Both the position numbers and the translations under genes were made by a program. A stretch of DNA of 46,862 nt from Gammaproteobacteria bacterium (GTDB lineage: Bacteria; Pseudomonadota; Gammaproteobacteria; GCA-002705445; GCA-002716945). Positions 22,308 through 31,887 of this stretch are shown here, piece by piece. Under the pieces are notes generated by a model. That model was not told the origin of the DNA. It saw nothing but the letters and a program-made list of their open reading frames with translations, and did not search any database. The stretch lies in contig CBFIBF010000005.1 of the NCBI GenBank assembly GCA_965660795.1, forward strand, positions 1 to 46,862. The letters are read 5' to 3'. Position 1 is the first letter of the stretch. Each line of letters starts with the position of its first letter.

Positions 22308-25157
22308 CTAGAGTTTTTCTTTTAAATACTTTCCAGTATAAGACTTTTTATTTGAAGCTAATTTTTCAGGAGTTCCAAATCCAATAACCTTTCCACCTCC
22401 GTTACCACCCTCAGGACCGAGATCAACTATCCAATCAGCAGTTTTTATGACGTCTAGATTATGCTCTATTATAATTAATGTATTCCCCTTTTGTTTGAGT
22501 TTGCTTAATACTTGTAAAAGATTTTTAACATCATAATTATGCAAGCCAGTTGTTGGTTCGTCTAACACATACAGTGTGTGTCCGGTGTCTGGTCGTATTA
22601 ATTCTTTAGCTAGTTTAATGCGTTGAGCTTCGCCCCCGGATAACGTTATCGCGCTTTGACCTAATTTTATGTAACCGAGTCCAACTTCCATTAATATTGA
22701 TAATTTTTTAGAAATTTTTGGATAATTTTCAAAAAAACTTAATGCTTCCTGAACAGTCATATTTAAAACATCACTTATATTTTTATTGTTTAATTTAATT
22801 TCTAGAGTTTCATCATTATATCTTTTACCATTACATTTCTCACATTGAACATAGACGTCTGACAAGAAATGCATTTCAACTTTTATCTGTCCTTGTCCAT
22901 CACAATGTGGACATACACCATTATTTTTTCCTTTTACATTGAAGCTAAACCTCCCAGGAGTGTAACCTCTTGATTTAGATTCAGGTTTTTTTGCAAATTC
23001 TTCTCTTATTAAGGAGAAAATCCCGGTATAAGTGATTGGGTTTGATCTAGGAGTTCTACCAATTGGACTTTGGTCTATATCAATTATTTTATCAATATAA
23101 TTAATCCCAGTAATTTTTTCACAGTCAACAAGACCCTCATTATTATCAAGAAGTTTATTCACAATTGAGGTGTATAAAACATTATTGATTAACGATGATT
23201 TGCCTGACCCTGATACTCCAGTAACGCATGTTAATAGGCCTAAAGGGATCTTAACATCTATTTCATTAAGATTATTTGCGCGTGCTTTTGAAATAGATAT
23301 CCATTTTTTACTTGGTCGTAGGCGTTCTTTTGGTATTTCTATAATGTTTCTTCCAGAAATAAAATCTGATGTATGAGATGACGCAGATTTGAGCAAAGAG
23401 GGTTTACCCGAGAAAACAACTTCGCCACCATGTACTCCAGCATCAGGGCCTATATCTACAATATAGTCAGATGATAATATTGTATCTTCATCGTGTTCAA
23501 CAACGATTACAGTATTCCCTAAATCACGAAGATTTTTTAATGTATTGAGTAATCTGTCATTATCTCTTTGATGTAAGCCAATAGAGGGTTCGTCAAGAAC
23601 ATACATCACACCTGTCAATCCTGAACCAATCTGACTTGCTAATCTTATTCTTTGAGATTCTCCACCTGACAATGTTTCTGCACTACGAGATAGCGTTAAA
23701 TATTTTAGTCCAACATTATTTAGGAATTTAAGCCGTGATGATATTTCGAAAATTATCTTCTCAGAGATTTTTTTTCTCATACTATCTAATTCGAGATGAT
23801 TAAAAAACTTTATTGCTTCTTCAACATTCATATCTGTTATCTCGCTAATCGACTTCTTTCCTACAAAAATATTTCTAGAAGGAATGTTTAGTCTTGTACC
23901 ATCACACTCTCTACATATGCTCTCCGTCAGAAATTTTTCGTAGTACCGTTTTACACTAAATCTAAATGCATTATTATAATTTCGTTCAAAAATATTACAT
24001 ATACCTTCCCATGATCTAACTTCAGAACTATTGATGAATTTTTTTGTTTTTTTGTTGAGCTTAACAAGCTTAAACTCAATATTTTCGTCTGTTCCATAAA
24101 ATAAAATATTTCTGAAATGTTGAGGCAGCTTATAATAGCTTTGATTTATATCAATCGAAAAATGAGCAGCAAGCGAATCAAGCATTGAAAAATATAAATA
24201 ATTTTTCTCATCCCAGCCAGCAATAGCTCCATTTCTAAGGCTTAATTCTGGATTTTCAATAATTTTATTTTCATCAAAAAATTCATCTATGCCTAAACCA
24301 TCGCATCTCTGGCATGCTCCTGCAGGTGAATTAAATGAGAATAATTTTGGTTCGAGTTTACTTATGGAATATCCGCAGTGAGGACATGCATGCTTAGTAG
24401 AGAAAATATGCTCATTACCGTTATTGACCTCATTTATATAAATTATTCCCTCTGATATTTCAGATGCTGAATTAAATGATTCAATTATTCTTAATTTGTT
24501 TACATTACTTATTTCAACTCTGTCGACTATTATTTCAATATTATTTTTCTTTTTAGAATCTATGATGTGCCCAATCATATGTTTTGAAATTTCACTGATT
24601 TTATGAATTTCACCATTGACGCGTATCCTACTAAACCCTTGCTTAGAGTAGCTCTCAATGACTTTAATGTGCTCACCTTTCTGTCCTCTGACAATGGGTG
24701 CCATTATTAAAACAATCTGTTTTTCGGAAACTTTAATTAATTTCTGATACATATCTCCGGGAGACATTGCATCCAAGGATACATGATGCTCTGGACATCT
24801 TGGCTCGCCAATCCTTGCATATAATAATCTTAAATAGTCATATATTTCAGTAACAGTACCAACTGTCGACCTAGGATTATGTGATGTTGATTTCTGTTCT
24901 ATAGATATTGCTGGAGATAGACCTTCTATTTTATCTACATCAGGTTTATCAACCATAGAAAGAAATTGTCTAGCATAAGCAGAGAGTGATTCAACATAAC
25001 GTCTTTGGCCTTCTGCAAAAATTGTATCAAAAGCCAGTGAAGATTTCCCTGAACCAGATAAACCCGTAATGGTAATTAAATTATTTTTGGGAAGATTTAG
25101 ATTAATATTTTTTAAGTTGTGCGTCCTAGCGCCCTTAATTTTAATTTCTTTGTCCAT
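22308..25157 (-). CDS. uvrA: Excinuclease ABC subunit A
   Basis: 949 aa. Two ABC modules (GLSGSGKSS, GVSGSGKSS; two LSGGE signatures). CxxC zinc modules (CPHCGYS..CQRCDG; CPHCDGQG..CEKCNG). Confidence 0.98.
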   Translation of the reverse strand: MDKEIKIKGARTHNLKNINLNLPKNNLITITGLSGSGKSSLAFDTIFAEGQRRYVESLSAYARQFLSMVDKPDVDKIEGLSPAISIEQKSTSHNPRSTVGTVTEIYDYLRLLYARIGEPRCPEHHVSLDAMSPGDMYQKLIKVSEKQIVLIMAPIVRGQKGEHIKVIESYSKQGFSRIRVNGEIHKISEISKHMIGHIIDSKKKNNIEIIVDRVEISNVNKLRIIESFNSASEISEGIIYINEVNNGNEHIFSTKHACPHCGYSISKLEPKLFSFNSPAGACQRCDGLGIDEFFDENKIIENPELSLRNGAIAGWDEKNYLYFSMLDSLAAHFSIDINQSYYKLPQHFRNILFYGTDENIEFKLVKLNKKTKKFINSSEVRSWEGICNIFERNYNNAFRFSVKRYYEKFLTESICRECDGTRLNIPSRNIFVGKKSISEITDMNVEEAIKFFNHLELDSMRKKISEKIIFEISSRLKFLNNVGLKYLTLSRSAETLSGGESQRIRLASQIGSGLTGVMYVLDEPSIGLHQRDNDRLLNTLKNLRDLGNTVIVVEHDEDTILSSDYIVDIGPDAGVHGGEVVFSGKPSLLKSASSHTSDFISGRNIIEIPKERLRPSKKWISISKARANNLNEIDVKIPLGLLTCVTGVSGSGKSSLINNVLYTSIVNKLLDNNEGLVDCEKITGINYIDKIIDIDQSPIGRTPRSNPITYTGIFSLIREEFAKKPESKSRGYTPGRFSFNVKGKNNGVCPHCDGQGQIKVEMHFLSDVYVQCEKCNGKRYNDETLEIKLNNKNISDVLNMTVQEALSFFENYPKISKKLSILMEVGLGYIKLGQSAITLSGGEAQRIKLAKELIRPDTGHTLYVLDEPTTGLHNYDVKNLLQVLSKLKQKGNTLIIIEHNLDVIKTADWIVDLGPEGGNGGGKVIGFGTPEKLASNKKSYTGKYLKEKL

Positions 25158-25205
25158 CAGACAATATTAACATTCTTTATTGTTATAAAACCAATAGTTT
25201 ACATG

Positions 25206-25214
25206 TGATATAAT
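25206..25214 (+). promoter_or_regulatory. Extended -10 element (TGaTATAAT) upstream of the MFS-ssb genes
   Basis: TGATATAAT at 25206-25214 in the 153-nt divergent uvrA/MFS gap. There is no good -35 at 16-18 nt spacing. Confidence 0.35.
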
Positions 25215-25310
25215 ATAGTTGATTTATGAGATTGTAGCTCAAAAAGAATTTCAGCTACATTTACCAATTTAAGAATAATCTCAAACATATAAATTAACCT
25301 GACAAAAAAT

Positions 25311-26477
25311 ATGTTTTCAAAAGTTGAAAAAAAATCTATTTCTCTTATCACTCTAATTTATTTCTTCAGGATGTTAGGCGCATTTATGATTTTTCCTATT
25401 TTATCTGTTTTTGCTGATTCTTATTCATTATCTACACCTTTTTTGATTGGAGTTACACTTGGTATCTATGGCTTAACGAATGCAATAATGCAAATTCCTT
25501 TTGGGATATTATCTGATCGATATGGTAGAAAAAAAATTATTTTACTAGGTCTTTGGATTTTTTTACTTGGGTCTGTAATATGCGCTATCACAGATAATAT
25601 TTATTTTCTTATTTTAGGCAGAGCCTTACAAGGTGCGGGAGCAATATCAGGTGCACTGATGGCGCTTTTATCTGACAGCACCACTGATAGTAACAGAACC
25701 CTCTCTATGGCAATTGTTGGAGTAGCAATAGGGATAGCATTTTTTAGTGCATTTATTATAGGACCATTGATATCAAAATATTTTAATTTATCAGGTGTTT
25801 TTATTATGATTGTTTTGCTCACTATCTTAAGCATTTCATTAATGTCAATTTATAAGATAAAAAGCAACTTCGTTAATAAGCAGTTTAGATTTAGTTTAAA
25901 AGAATTAATTTTTAATAAAACTTTATATCCATTTTTTATTGATATCCTGGTATTACACACCATTTTGACGTCAATATTTATAGCAGTCCCGGTAATGATG
26001 ACAGAAAAATATTTGATAGACATAGCTGACTTTCCTCAGCTCTACTCTTCATTATTTATATTATCATTGATTATCACTCTTCCACTTTTAGGATTTGAGA
26101 GAAAGCAACCAATTAGAGTTAGAGATCTGTCGACTGCTATACTAGCAATATCATTAGTTGTTTCTTATTTGTTTTTTGAAAAAAGCTTGCTTATCATTAT
26201 GACTGCTCTAATTTGCTATATCGGAACTTTCAGCGTTTTAGAAGCTAGCATACCGTCAGCGTTATCTAAAAATACAGATTCTGATAGCAGGGGATTAACA
26301 ATGAGTATTTATACATCTTTTCAATTTTTTGGAACTTTCTTGGGCGGCTTTATTGGTGGTTATTTGTATGACACAAATGGATTGAGTGGCATTTTTCTCT
26401 TTAGTGCTATAATATCAGTAACATGGACATTTTATAGTCTAATTAGAGAAAATAAAGGAGCAACTATTGTCAGTTAA
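25311..26477 (+). CDS. MFS transporter (conserved neighbour of uvrA/ssb)
   Basis: 388 aa, about 12 hydrophobic segments. MFS loop motif GILSDRYGRKK. Pseudomonas has the same uvrA / MFS-ssb arrangement. Confidence 0.85.
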   Translation: MFSKVEKKSISLITLIYFFRMLGAFMIFPILSVFADSYSLSTPFLIGVTLGIYGLTNAIMQIPFGILSDRYGRKKIILLGLWIFLLGSVICAITDNIYFLILGRALQGAGAISGALMALLSDSTTDSNRTLSMAIVGVAIGIAFFSAFIIGPLISKYFNLSGVFIMIVLLTILSISLMSIYKIKSNFVNKQFRFSLKELIFNKTLYPFFIDILVLHTILTSIFIAVPVMMTEKYLIDIADFPQLYSSLFILSLIITLPLLGFERKQPIRVRDLSTAILAISLVVSYLFFEKSLLIIMTALICYIGTFSVLEASIPSALSKNTDSDSRGLTMSIYTSFQFFGTFLGGFIGGYLYDTNGLSGIFLFSAIISVTWTFYSLIRENKGATIVS

Positions 26478-26889
26478 TAAGGTCATCCTGCTTGGAAGAG
26501 TCGGTAACGAACCTGAGGTAAAATTTATGCCAAGCGGTAATGCTGTCGTTAATTTATCTATTGCCACCAACAGAAAGTTTAAGAATCAAGACTCTGGCTC
26601 TTATGAGGACAAAACAGAATGGCATAGAGTTGTTTTTTTTAATAAACCTGCTGAGACAATAGGGCAATATGTGAGAAAAGGACAACAGTTATATGTCGAG
26701 GGAAGATTACAAACTAGAAAATGGCAAGATAAAGATGGAGTAGAGAAATATTCAACTGATATAATTTCTGATAACTTTACATTTGTAGGAAGTAAATCTG
26801 ACACATCCGGAGATTTCGCTCCTAAGCCTCAAGAAAATACTGATTTTCAAAATCAGGATATCATTAAGGATGAAGATATTCCCTTCTAG
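26467..26889 (+). CDS. ssb: Single-stranded DNA-binding protein (TTG start)
   Basis: 140 aa. OB-fold N-terminus NKVILLGRVGNEPEVKFMPSG and the canonical acidic tail DEDIPF. TTG at 26467 lies 6 nt after AAGGAG (26455-26460). 11-nt overlap with the MFS gene. Confidence 0.96.
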   Translation: MSVNKVILLGRVGNEPEVKFMPSGNAVVNLSIATNRKFKNQDSGSYEDKTEWHRVVFFNKPAETIGQYVRKGQQLYVEGRLQTRKWQDKDGVEKYSTDIISDNFTFVGSKSDTSGDFAPKPQENTDFQNQDIIKDEDIPF

Positions 26890-26892
26890 TAG

Positions 26893-28218
26893 ATGATAAA
26901 TAACAAAAAGTATTTTATCAAAACACAAGGATGTCAAATGAACGTCTACGACTCTGAAAAGATATCAGACTTACTTGTGTATCATTTTGACATGACATCT
27001 GCTGATAATCCAATAACAGCGGATATTCTTATATTAAATACTTGTTCAATTAGGGAAAAAGCACAGGAAAAAGTATTCTCTGAATTAGGGCGTTGGAAAA
27101 AGATTAAAAAAACTAAACCAGGAACTATAATTGCTGTTGGAGGATGCGTAGCATCTCAAGAAGGAAAGCAACTTAAACAACGTGCGCCTTATGTTGATAT
27201 AGTGTTTGGACCTCAGACGCTTCATCGACTCCCAAAAATGATTGATGAGGTTAATCTAAAATCCATAAAACCAATTGATGTTTCTTTTCCTTTGATTGAA
27301 AAATTTGATTTCTTGCCTCAATCACAACCATCCAAAGTATCTGCCTACGTTTCAATCATGGAAGGTTGTAGTAAATATTGCACCTTCTGTGTTGTACCTT
27401 ATACGCGCGGCGAGGAAGTTAGTCGGCCACTCGATGAAATTGTATATGAGATATCAAACCTAGCTGCAAATGGCGTTAAGGAAATTATTTTGCTTGGTCA
27501 AAATGTAAATGCCTATAAAGGAATAAGAAACAAAGATAAAAAATGTGTTAATTTTTCAGAATTGATACGTTACATTTCAATGATAGAAGGAATAGATAGA
27601 ATTCGTCACACAACATCTCACCCCATTGATTTTACAGATGATTTAATTGAAGAGTATAAAAACAAGAAATTATGCAGTAATCTTCATTTACCGGTACAGT
27701 CTGGTTCCGACTTTATTCTATCTAAAATGAAAAGAAAGCATACTGCTTTGGAGTATAAAAATATAATTAAGCAAGTGAGAAATATTAGGCCTGACATCAG
27801 TATAACATCAGATTTCATCATTGGTTATCCAGGTGAGTCCGAGGATTGTTTTCAAGAAACGCTTAATCTAATAGAACAAGTTGGATTCGATGATGGTTAC
27901 AGTTTCATTTATAGCAAGAGACCAGGCACTCCAGCTTCATATGATCCTGACAACATAACTATAGAAGAAAAGAAAAATAGATTAATGAAAGTTCAGGGTC
28001 TTTTAAGATCTAATTCAGAGAAGTATCTTTCTAGGCTTGTGGATACAACACAAGAAATCCTAGTTGAGGGTCTATCTAAGTCAGACAATAAGAAAGTTTT
28101 TGGAAGGACGCAAACAAATAAATTGGTAAATTTTTTGGGTTCAAAGGAATTAATAGGAAAGACTGTCCAAGTGCATATTAAAAATGCAAACAGGACCTCA
28201 TTAGATGGGGTTCTATAA
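26893..28218 (+). CDS. miaB: tRNA-2-methylthio-N6-dimethylallyladenosine synthase
   Basis: 441 aa. N-terminal MTTase cysteines (GCQMN..), radical-SAM CSKYCTFCVVPYTRG, C-terminal TRAM-like region. Confidence 0.96.
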   Translation: MINNKKYFIKTQGCQMNVYDSEKISDLLVYHFDMTSADNPITADILILNTCSIREKAQEKVFSELGRWKKIKKTKPGTIIAVGGCVASQEGKQLKQRAPYVDIVFGPQTLHRLPKMIDEVNLKSIKPIDVSFPLIEKFDFLPQSQPSKVSAYVSIMEGCSKYCTFCVVPYTRGEEVSRPLDEIVYEISNLAANGVKEIILLGQNVNAYKGIRNKDKKCVNFSELIRYISMIEGIDRIRHTTSHPIDFTDDLIEEYKNKKLCSNLHLPVQSGSDFILSKMKRKHTALEYKNIIKQVRNIRPDISITSDFIIGYPGESEDCFQETLNLIEQVGFDDGYSFIYSKRPGTPASYDPDNITIEEKKNRLMKVQGLLRSNSEKYLSRLVDTTQEILVEGLSKSDNKKVFGRTQTNKLVNFLGSKELIGKTVQVHIKNANRTSLDGVL

Positions 28219-28220
28219 TT

Positions 28221-29189
28221 ATGAAATCTGTTCTGAATAAAATTGATCAACATGTCAAACTAGAACCCTTAGACAATGATAGATTAATAAAACTTTGTGG
28301 TTTATTAGATAAAAACATAAGACAAATTGAGAAATATTTTGACGTTGAGATCTCAAACCGAGGTAATTCTTTTAAAATTTCTGGAGAAAACCAGAATGTA
28401 GCAGACACCTCTAGTTTTATTGAGAAAATATATACATTATCTGAACATGAGGAAATTACACCTAAACAAATTCATCTATATCTCAACAACTCAAAGGATT
28501 TATCTTTAGAAACTTGTGAAGATAAATATAAAATTATTTTAAAAAAACAGACTATTAAGCCGAAATCATCTAATCAAAATAAATTCATAGATGCTATTAA
28601 TAATAATACTATTACTTTTGGAATTGGTGCAGCTGGAACGGGCAAAACCTTTCTAGCAGTTGCATGCGCTGTTAAAGCACTTGAAAGCGGCAATATAAAA
28701 AAAATCATCCTTGTAAGACCTGCCATAGAAGCTGGAGAAAAACTTGGATTCCTTCCTGGTGATCTTGCTGAAAAAGTTGACCCTTATTTGCAGCCACTCT
28801 ATGATTCTTTATATGAATGCCTTGGATTTGACAATGTCAATAAGCTCCTTGAGAAGAAAACTATAGAGATTGCACCACTCGCTTACATGAGAGGGAGAAC
28901 ATTGAATGATGCATTTATAATTTTAGATGAAGCACAGAACACTACAATATCTCAAATGCAAATGTTTCTTACAAGAATAGGTTTTGGCTCAATTACTGTT
29001 GTGACGGGCGATGTTAGTCAAATAGATCTCCCCAACAGCGTCCAATCAGGCTTAAAAGATTGTTTAGAATTCGTTCTAGATATTAAAGACATTGATGTTG
29101 TCAGATTTCAACCTAAAGATGTTATGAGGCATAAAATTGTATCATCTATAATTAGTGAATATGATAAAAGAAAAAAAAATAGAAATTAA
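28221..29189 (+). CDS. ybeZ: PhoH-like ATPase
   Basis: 322 aa. Walker A GAAGTGKTF, ILDEAQN. Conserved miaB-ybeZ-ybeY order. Confidence 0.93.
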   Translation: MKSVLNKIDQHVKLEPLDNDRLIKLCGLLDKNIRQIEKYFDVEISNRGNSFKISGENQNVADTSSFIEKIYTLSEHEEITPKQIHLYLNNSKDLSLETCEDKYKIILKKQTIKPKSSNQNKFIDAINNNTITFGIGAAGTGKTFLAVACAVKALESGNIKKIILVRPAIEAGEKLGFLPGDLAEKVDPYLQPLYDSLYECLGFDNVNKLLEKKTIEIAPLAYMRGRTLNDAFIILDEAQNTTISQMQMFLTRIGFGSITVVTGDVSQIDLPNSVQSGLKDCLEFVLDIKDIDVVRFQPKDVMRHKIVSSIISEYDKRKKNRN

Positions 29190-29613
29190 TTGTATTAGAT
29201 ATATCCACAAACATCCTATGCCAAGAAACAAAGATATCAAGAATTGGATCAATTTCAGTTTAGTTAAAAATCTAGTATCTCATGTAAATTTAATTTTCGT
29301 TGGTGAGAAAAGAATGAAAACTTTAAACTTCAAGTATCTAAAAAAAGATAGATCTACCAATGTATTAACTTTTCCATACACTGAAGGCAACTATATTCAT
29401 GGTGATATAATATTGTGTGCTCAGGTTATTAACAGAGAAGCTAAGGAGTTTGGATTCTCTCTAAATTTCAGGTGGGCGCATATGATTGTTCATTCTATGC
29501 TTCATTTGCAAGGTTTTAGCCATGACACCAAAAACAAACAAAATCATATGGAGAAAGTTGAGACTAAAATTCTGAATAAAATGAACTTTGGAAACCCTTA
29601 TGTCAGAGCTTAA
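29155..29613 (+). CDS. ybeY: rRNA maturation endoribonuclease YbeY
   Basis: 152 aa. Metal motif HMIVHSMLHLQGFSH. The start is uncertain (29155 or 29161); either one overlaps ybeZ. Confidence 0.92.
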   Translation: MNMIKEKKIEINCIRYIHKHPMPRNKDIKNWINFSLVKNLVSHVNLIFVGEKRMKTLNFKYLKKDRSTNVLTFPYTEGNYIHGDIILCAQVINREAKEFGFSLNFRWAHMIVHSMLHLQGFSHDTKNKQNHMEKVETKILNKMNFGNPYVRA

Positions 29614-30430
29614 AGATAATAACTGGATTGATAGAATTAAGGATTTACTTGGCGATACTCCTAAGAGTAAGGATGATCTTATTATTCTTTTAGAAACAGC
29701 CTTCAAAAATCAACTTCTCTCACATGATACTTATCAAATGATTCTGGGTGTGTTTAGCGTATCTGAAATTCCAGTTAGAGAAATCATGATTCCACGACCT
29801 CATATGATCACAATTAATGTAAATGAGGACCTACAAACAGTCATAAATAAAGTCATCAATTCTGGACATTCACGATTCCCTGTTGTCAATGACAAGCTTG
29901 ATGAAATACTTGGCATACTCCATGCTAAAGATTTACTCAAATATCAAATTTTAACTACCAATGATTTTGATTTGCATGATTATATTAGGCCAGCAAAATT
30001 TATACCGGAGAGTAAAAGATTAAACATACTTTTAAATGAATTTAAAGCGAGCAGAAATCATATTGCCATGGTGATTGATGAGCATAGTAATATTTCAGGT
30101 CTGATAACTTTAGAGGATTTGATCGAAGAAATTATTGGAGACATTGATGATGAGCATGATGTCTCAAGCAAGGAACTGATTATTCAACAATCTGCTAATA
30201 AGTATATACTTGATGCACTTTTAGACCTTGAGGATTTTAATGAAAAGTTTAATTCAAAGCTTTGCGATGACGGAGTAGAGACACTTGGAGGATTTCTAAT
30301 TAACAAATTTGAGAAAGTACCAAAAAAACAAGAATCATATCAAGTGAATAATTTTTTATTCACAGTTTTGTCTGCTGATTCAAAAAAAATCAACCGGATT
30401 CAGCTGATCATAAAAAATAAAGAAAGTTGA
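29588..30430 (+). CDS. corC: CBS-pair / CorC_HlyC magnesium-cobalt efflux-associated protein
   Basis: 280 aa. VREIMIPR, tandem CBS domains and a C-terminal transporter-associated domain. The start may be the ATG at 29600. Confidence 0.9.
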   Translation: METLMSELKDNNWIDRIKDLLGDTPKSKDDLIILLETAFKNQLLSHDTYQMILGVFSVSEIPVREIMIPRPHMITINVNEDLQTVINKVINSGHSRFPVVNDKLDEILGILHAKDLLKYQILTTNDFDLHDYIRPAKFIPESKRLNILLNEFKASRNHIAMVIDEHSNISGLITLEDLIEEIIGDIDDEHDVSSKELIIQQSANKYILDALLDLEDFNEKFNSKLCDDGVETLGGFLINKFEKVPKKQESYQVNNFLFTVLSADSKKINRIQLIIKNKES

Positions 30431-31887
30431 GTTTTTTTTATCTCTTTTTATCAGGTCTTTCATATTCTCTAGCATTTGCACCATATGATTATAAGTTCTT
30501 AATCATTATAAGTTTTATAATTCTATTCTATGTTTTAGATGGTATATCTACAAAAAAAAATAGAGTCCTTTACCTTTTTTTATTTTCTATTATATTTCAT
30601 TTATTCGGTATTTCTTGGATAAATCATTCTCTGACTACATTCGGCTCTATGACTTATATTTCAAGTTTTGCAGTTACCTTGATAGTAATTATTATTGTGA
30701 GCTTACCATATGCTCTCGTTGGATTATTTTATAAAAAAATCCACAAACACAATTTTATTAATCTAATGTTTATCACTGCTATTTTCATAGTTGCAGAATA
30801 TATTAAATCATTTATTTTTGGAGGCTTTCCATGGCTTTTAGTCGGCTATAGTCAAAATGAAAGTATATTCAATTTTATTTATCCGATTTTTGGAAATTAT
30901 GCAGTTAGTTATTTGATCATTCTTTTTTCTGGATTTATCTATAAAGCGATAATAAATAAAAACATTTCTTATTTAACAATTTCATTTTCTTTTCTTTTTA
31001 TATATTTTTTTATTCAACCTGCTAATCTGAATGAGGATAATATTAATCAATCAAATAGTATTACTATTACCATATATCAACCAAACATATATCCTCATGA
31101 GGCATATGAAAAAATCAATCACTCAAAAATAATTACTAAATATAATCAAATACTTCAGGATAATAGGTCGAGTAACTTAGTAATATTTCCTGAGACAATA
31201 TTGCCGATAGTATTTGATAAAAAAAATTCACTATTTGATGAATTCCAATCATTAACAAGTAATAGTAATTCACTTGTAACAGGACTTTTTACAAAGGACA
31301 GTGAACATTATCACAACAGTATGGTCTTATTTTCAAACAGTATTGATTATTATGATAAGAGAAAACTAGTACCATTTGGTGAATATACGCCATGGTATGA
31401 TTTACTGATAGGGTTATCAAATGTTTTAGAGATACCTTTGTCTAATTTATATCATGGTAAAGATAATAAAAAAGAATTATCAATCGGCAATCTAAATATT
31501 TTGCCTATGATATGCTTTGAAAGCGCATTTCCTCATTTGATTAAGTCTAGATCTGAAAACGAGATAATTATTAATATTAGTAATGATTCCTGGTTTGGAA
31601 AAACTTTAGCTCCTCATCAGCATCTTCAAATTAATCAGATTAGAGCTTTAGAATTTAACAGGTATATATTGAGAGCAACTAATACTGGCATAAGTGCTGT
31701 GATAGATAACAAAGGTCGCTTAATAGATCATATTGAAAATGACACCGTTGGTACTATTAATGCACAGATACCAACAGCTATGAGCCTATCTTTTTATTCT
31801 CAATATGGTGATATCTTCATTTTGATGTTAATATTTTTGTCACTAACGCTTAGAGGTTTTAATCGAATATCAGACCATTATGAATAA
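30427..31887 (+). CDS. lnt: Apolipoprotein N-acyltransferase (TTG start)
   Basis: 486 aa. Polytopic N-terminus (LAFAPYD) plus a nitrilase-like domain with E (VIFPET), K (YDKRKLVPFGEY) and C (PMICFES). TTG at 30427 overlaps the corC TGA. Confidence 0.92.
   Translation: MSFFYLFLSGLSYSLAFAPYDYKFLIIISFIILFYVLDGISTKKNRVLYLFLFSIIFHLFGISWINHSLTTFGSMTYISSFAVTLIVIIIVSLPYALVGLFYKKIHKHNFINLMFITAIFIVAEYIKSFIFGGFPWLLVGYSQNESIFNFIYPIFGNYAVSYLIILFSGFIYKAIINKNISYLTISFSFLFIYFFIQPANLNEDNINQSNSITITIYQPNIYPHEAYEKINHSKIITKYNQILQDNRSSNLVIFPETILPIVFDKKNSLFDEFQSLTSNSNSLVTGLFTKDSEHYHNSMVLFSNSIDYYDKRKLVPFGEYTPWYDLLIGLSNVLEIPLSNLYHGKDNKKELSIGNLNILPMICFESAFPHLIKSRSENEIIINISNDSWFGKTLAPHQHLQINQIRALEFNRYILRATNTGISAVIDNKGRLIDHIENDTVGTINAQIPTAMSLSFYSQYGDIFILMLIFLSLTLRGFNRISDHYE

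Noticed and set aside
25158-25310. LexA/SOS box between uvrA and the MFS-ssb genes.
   Set aside because: No CTGT-N8-ACAG or close variant is present on either strand.
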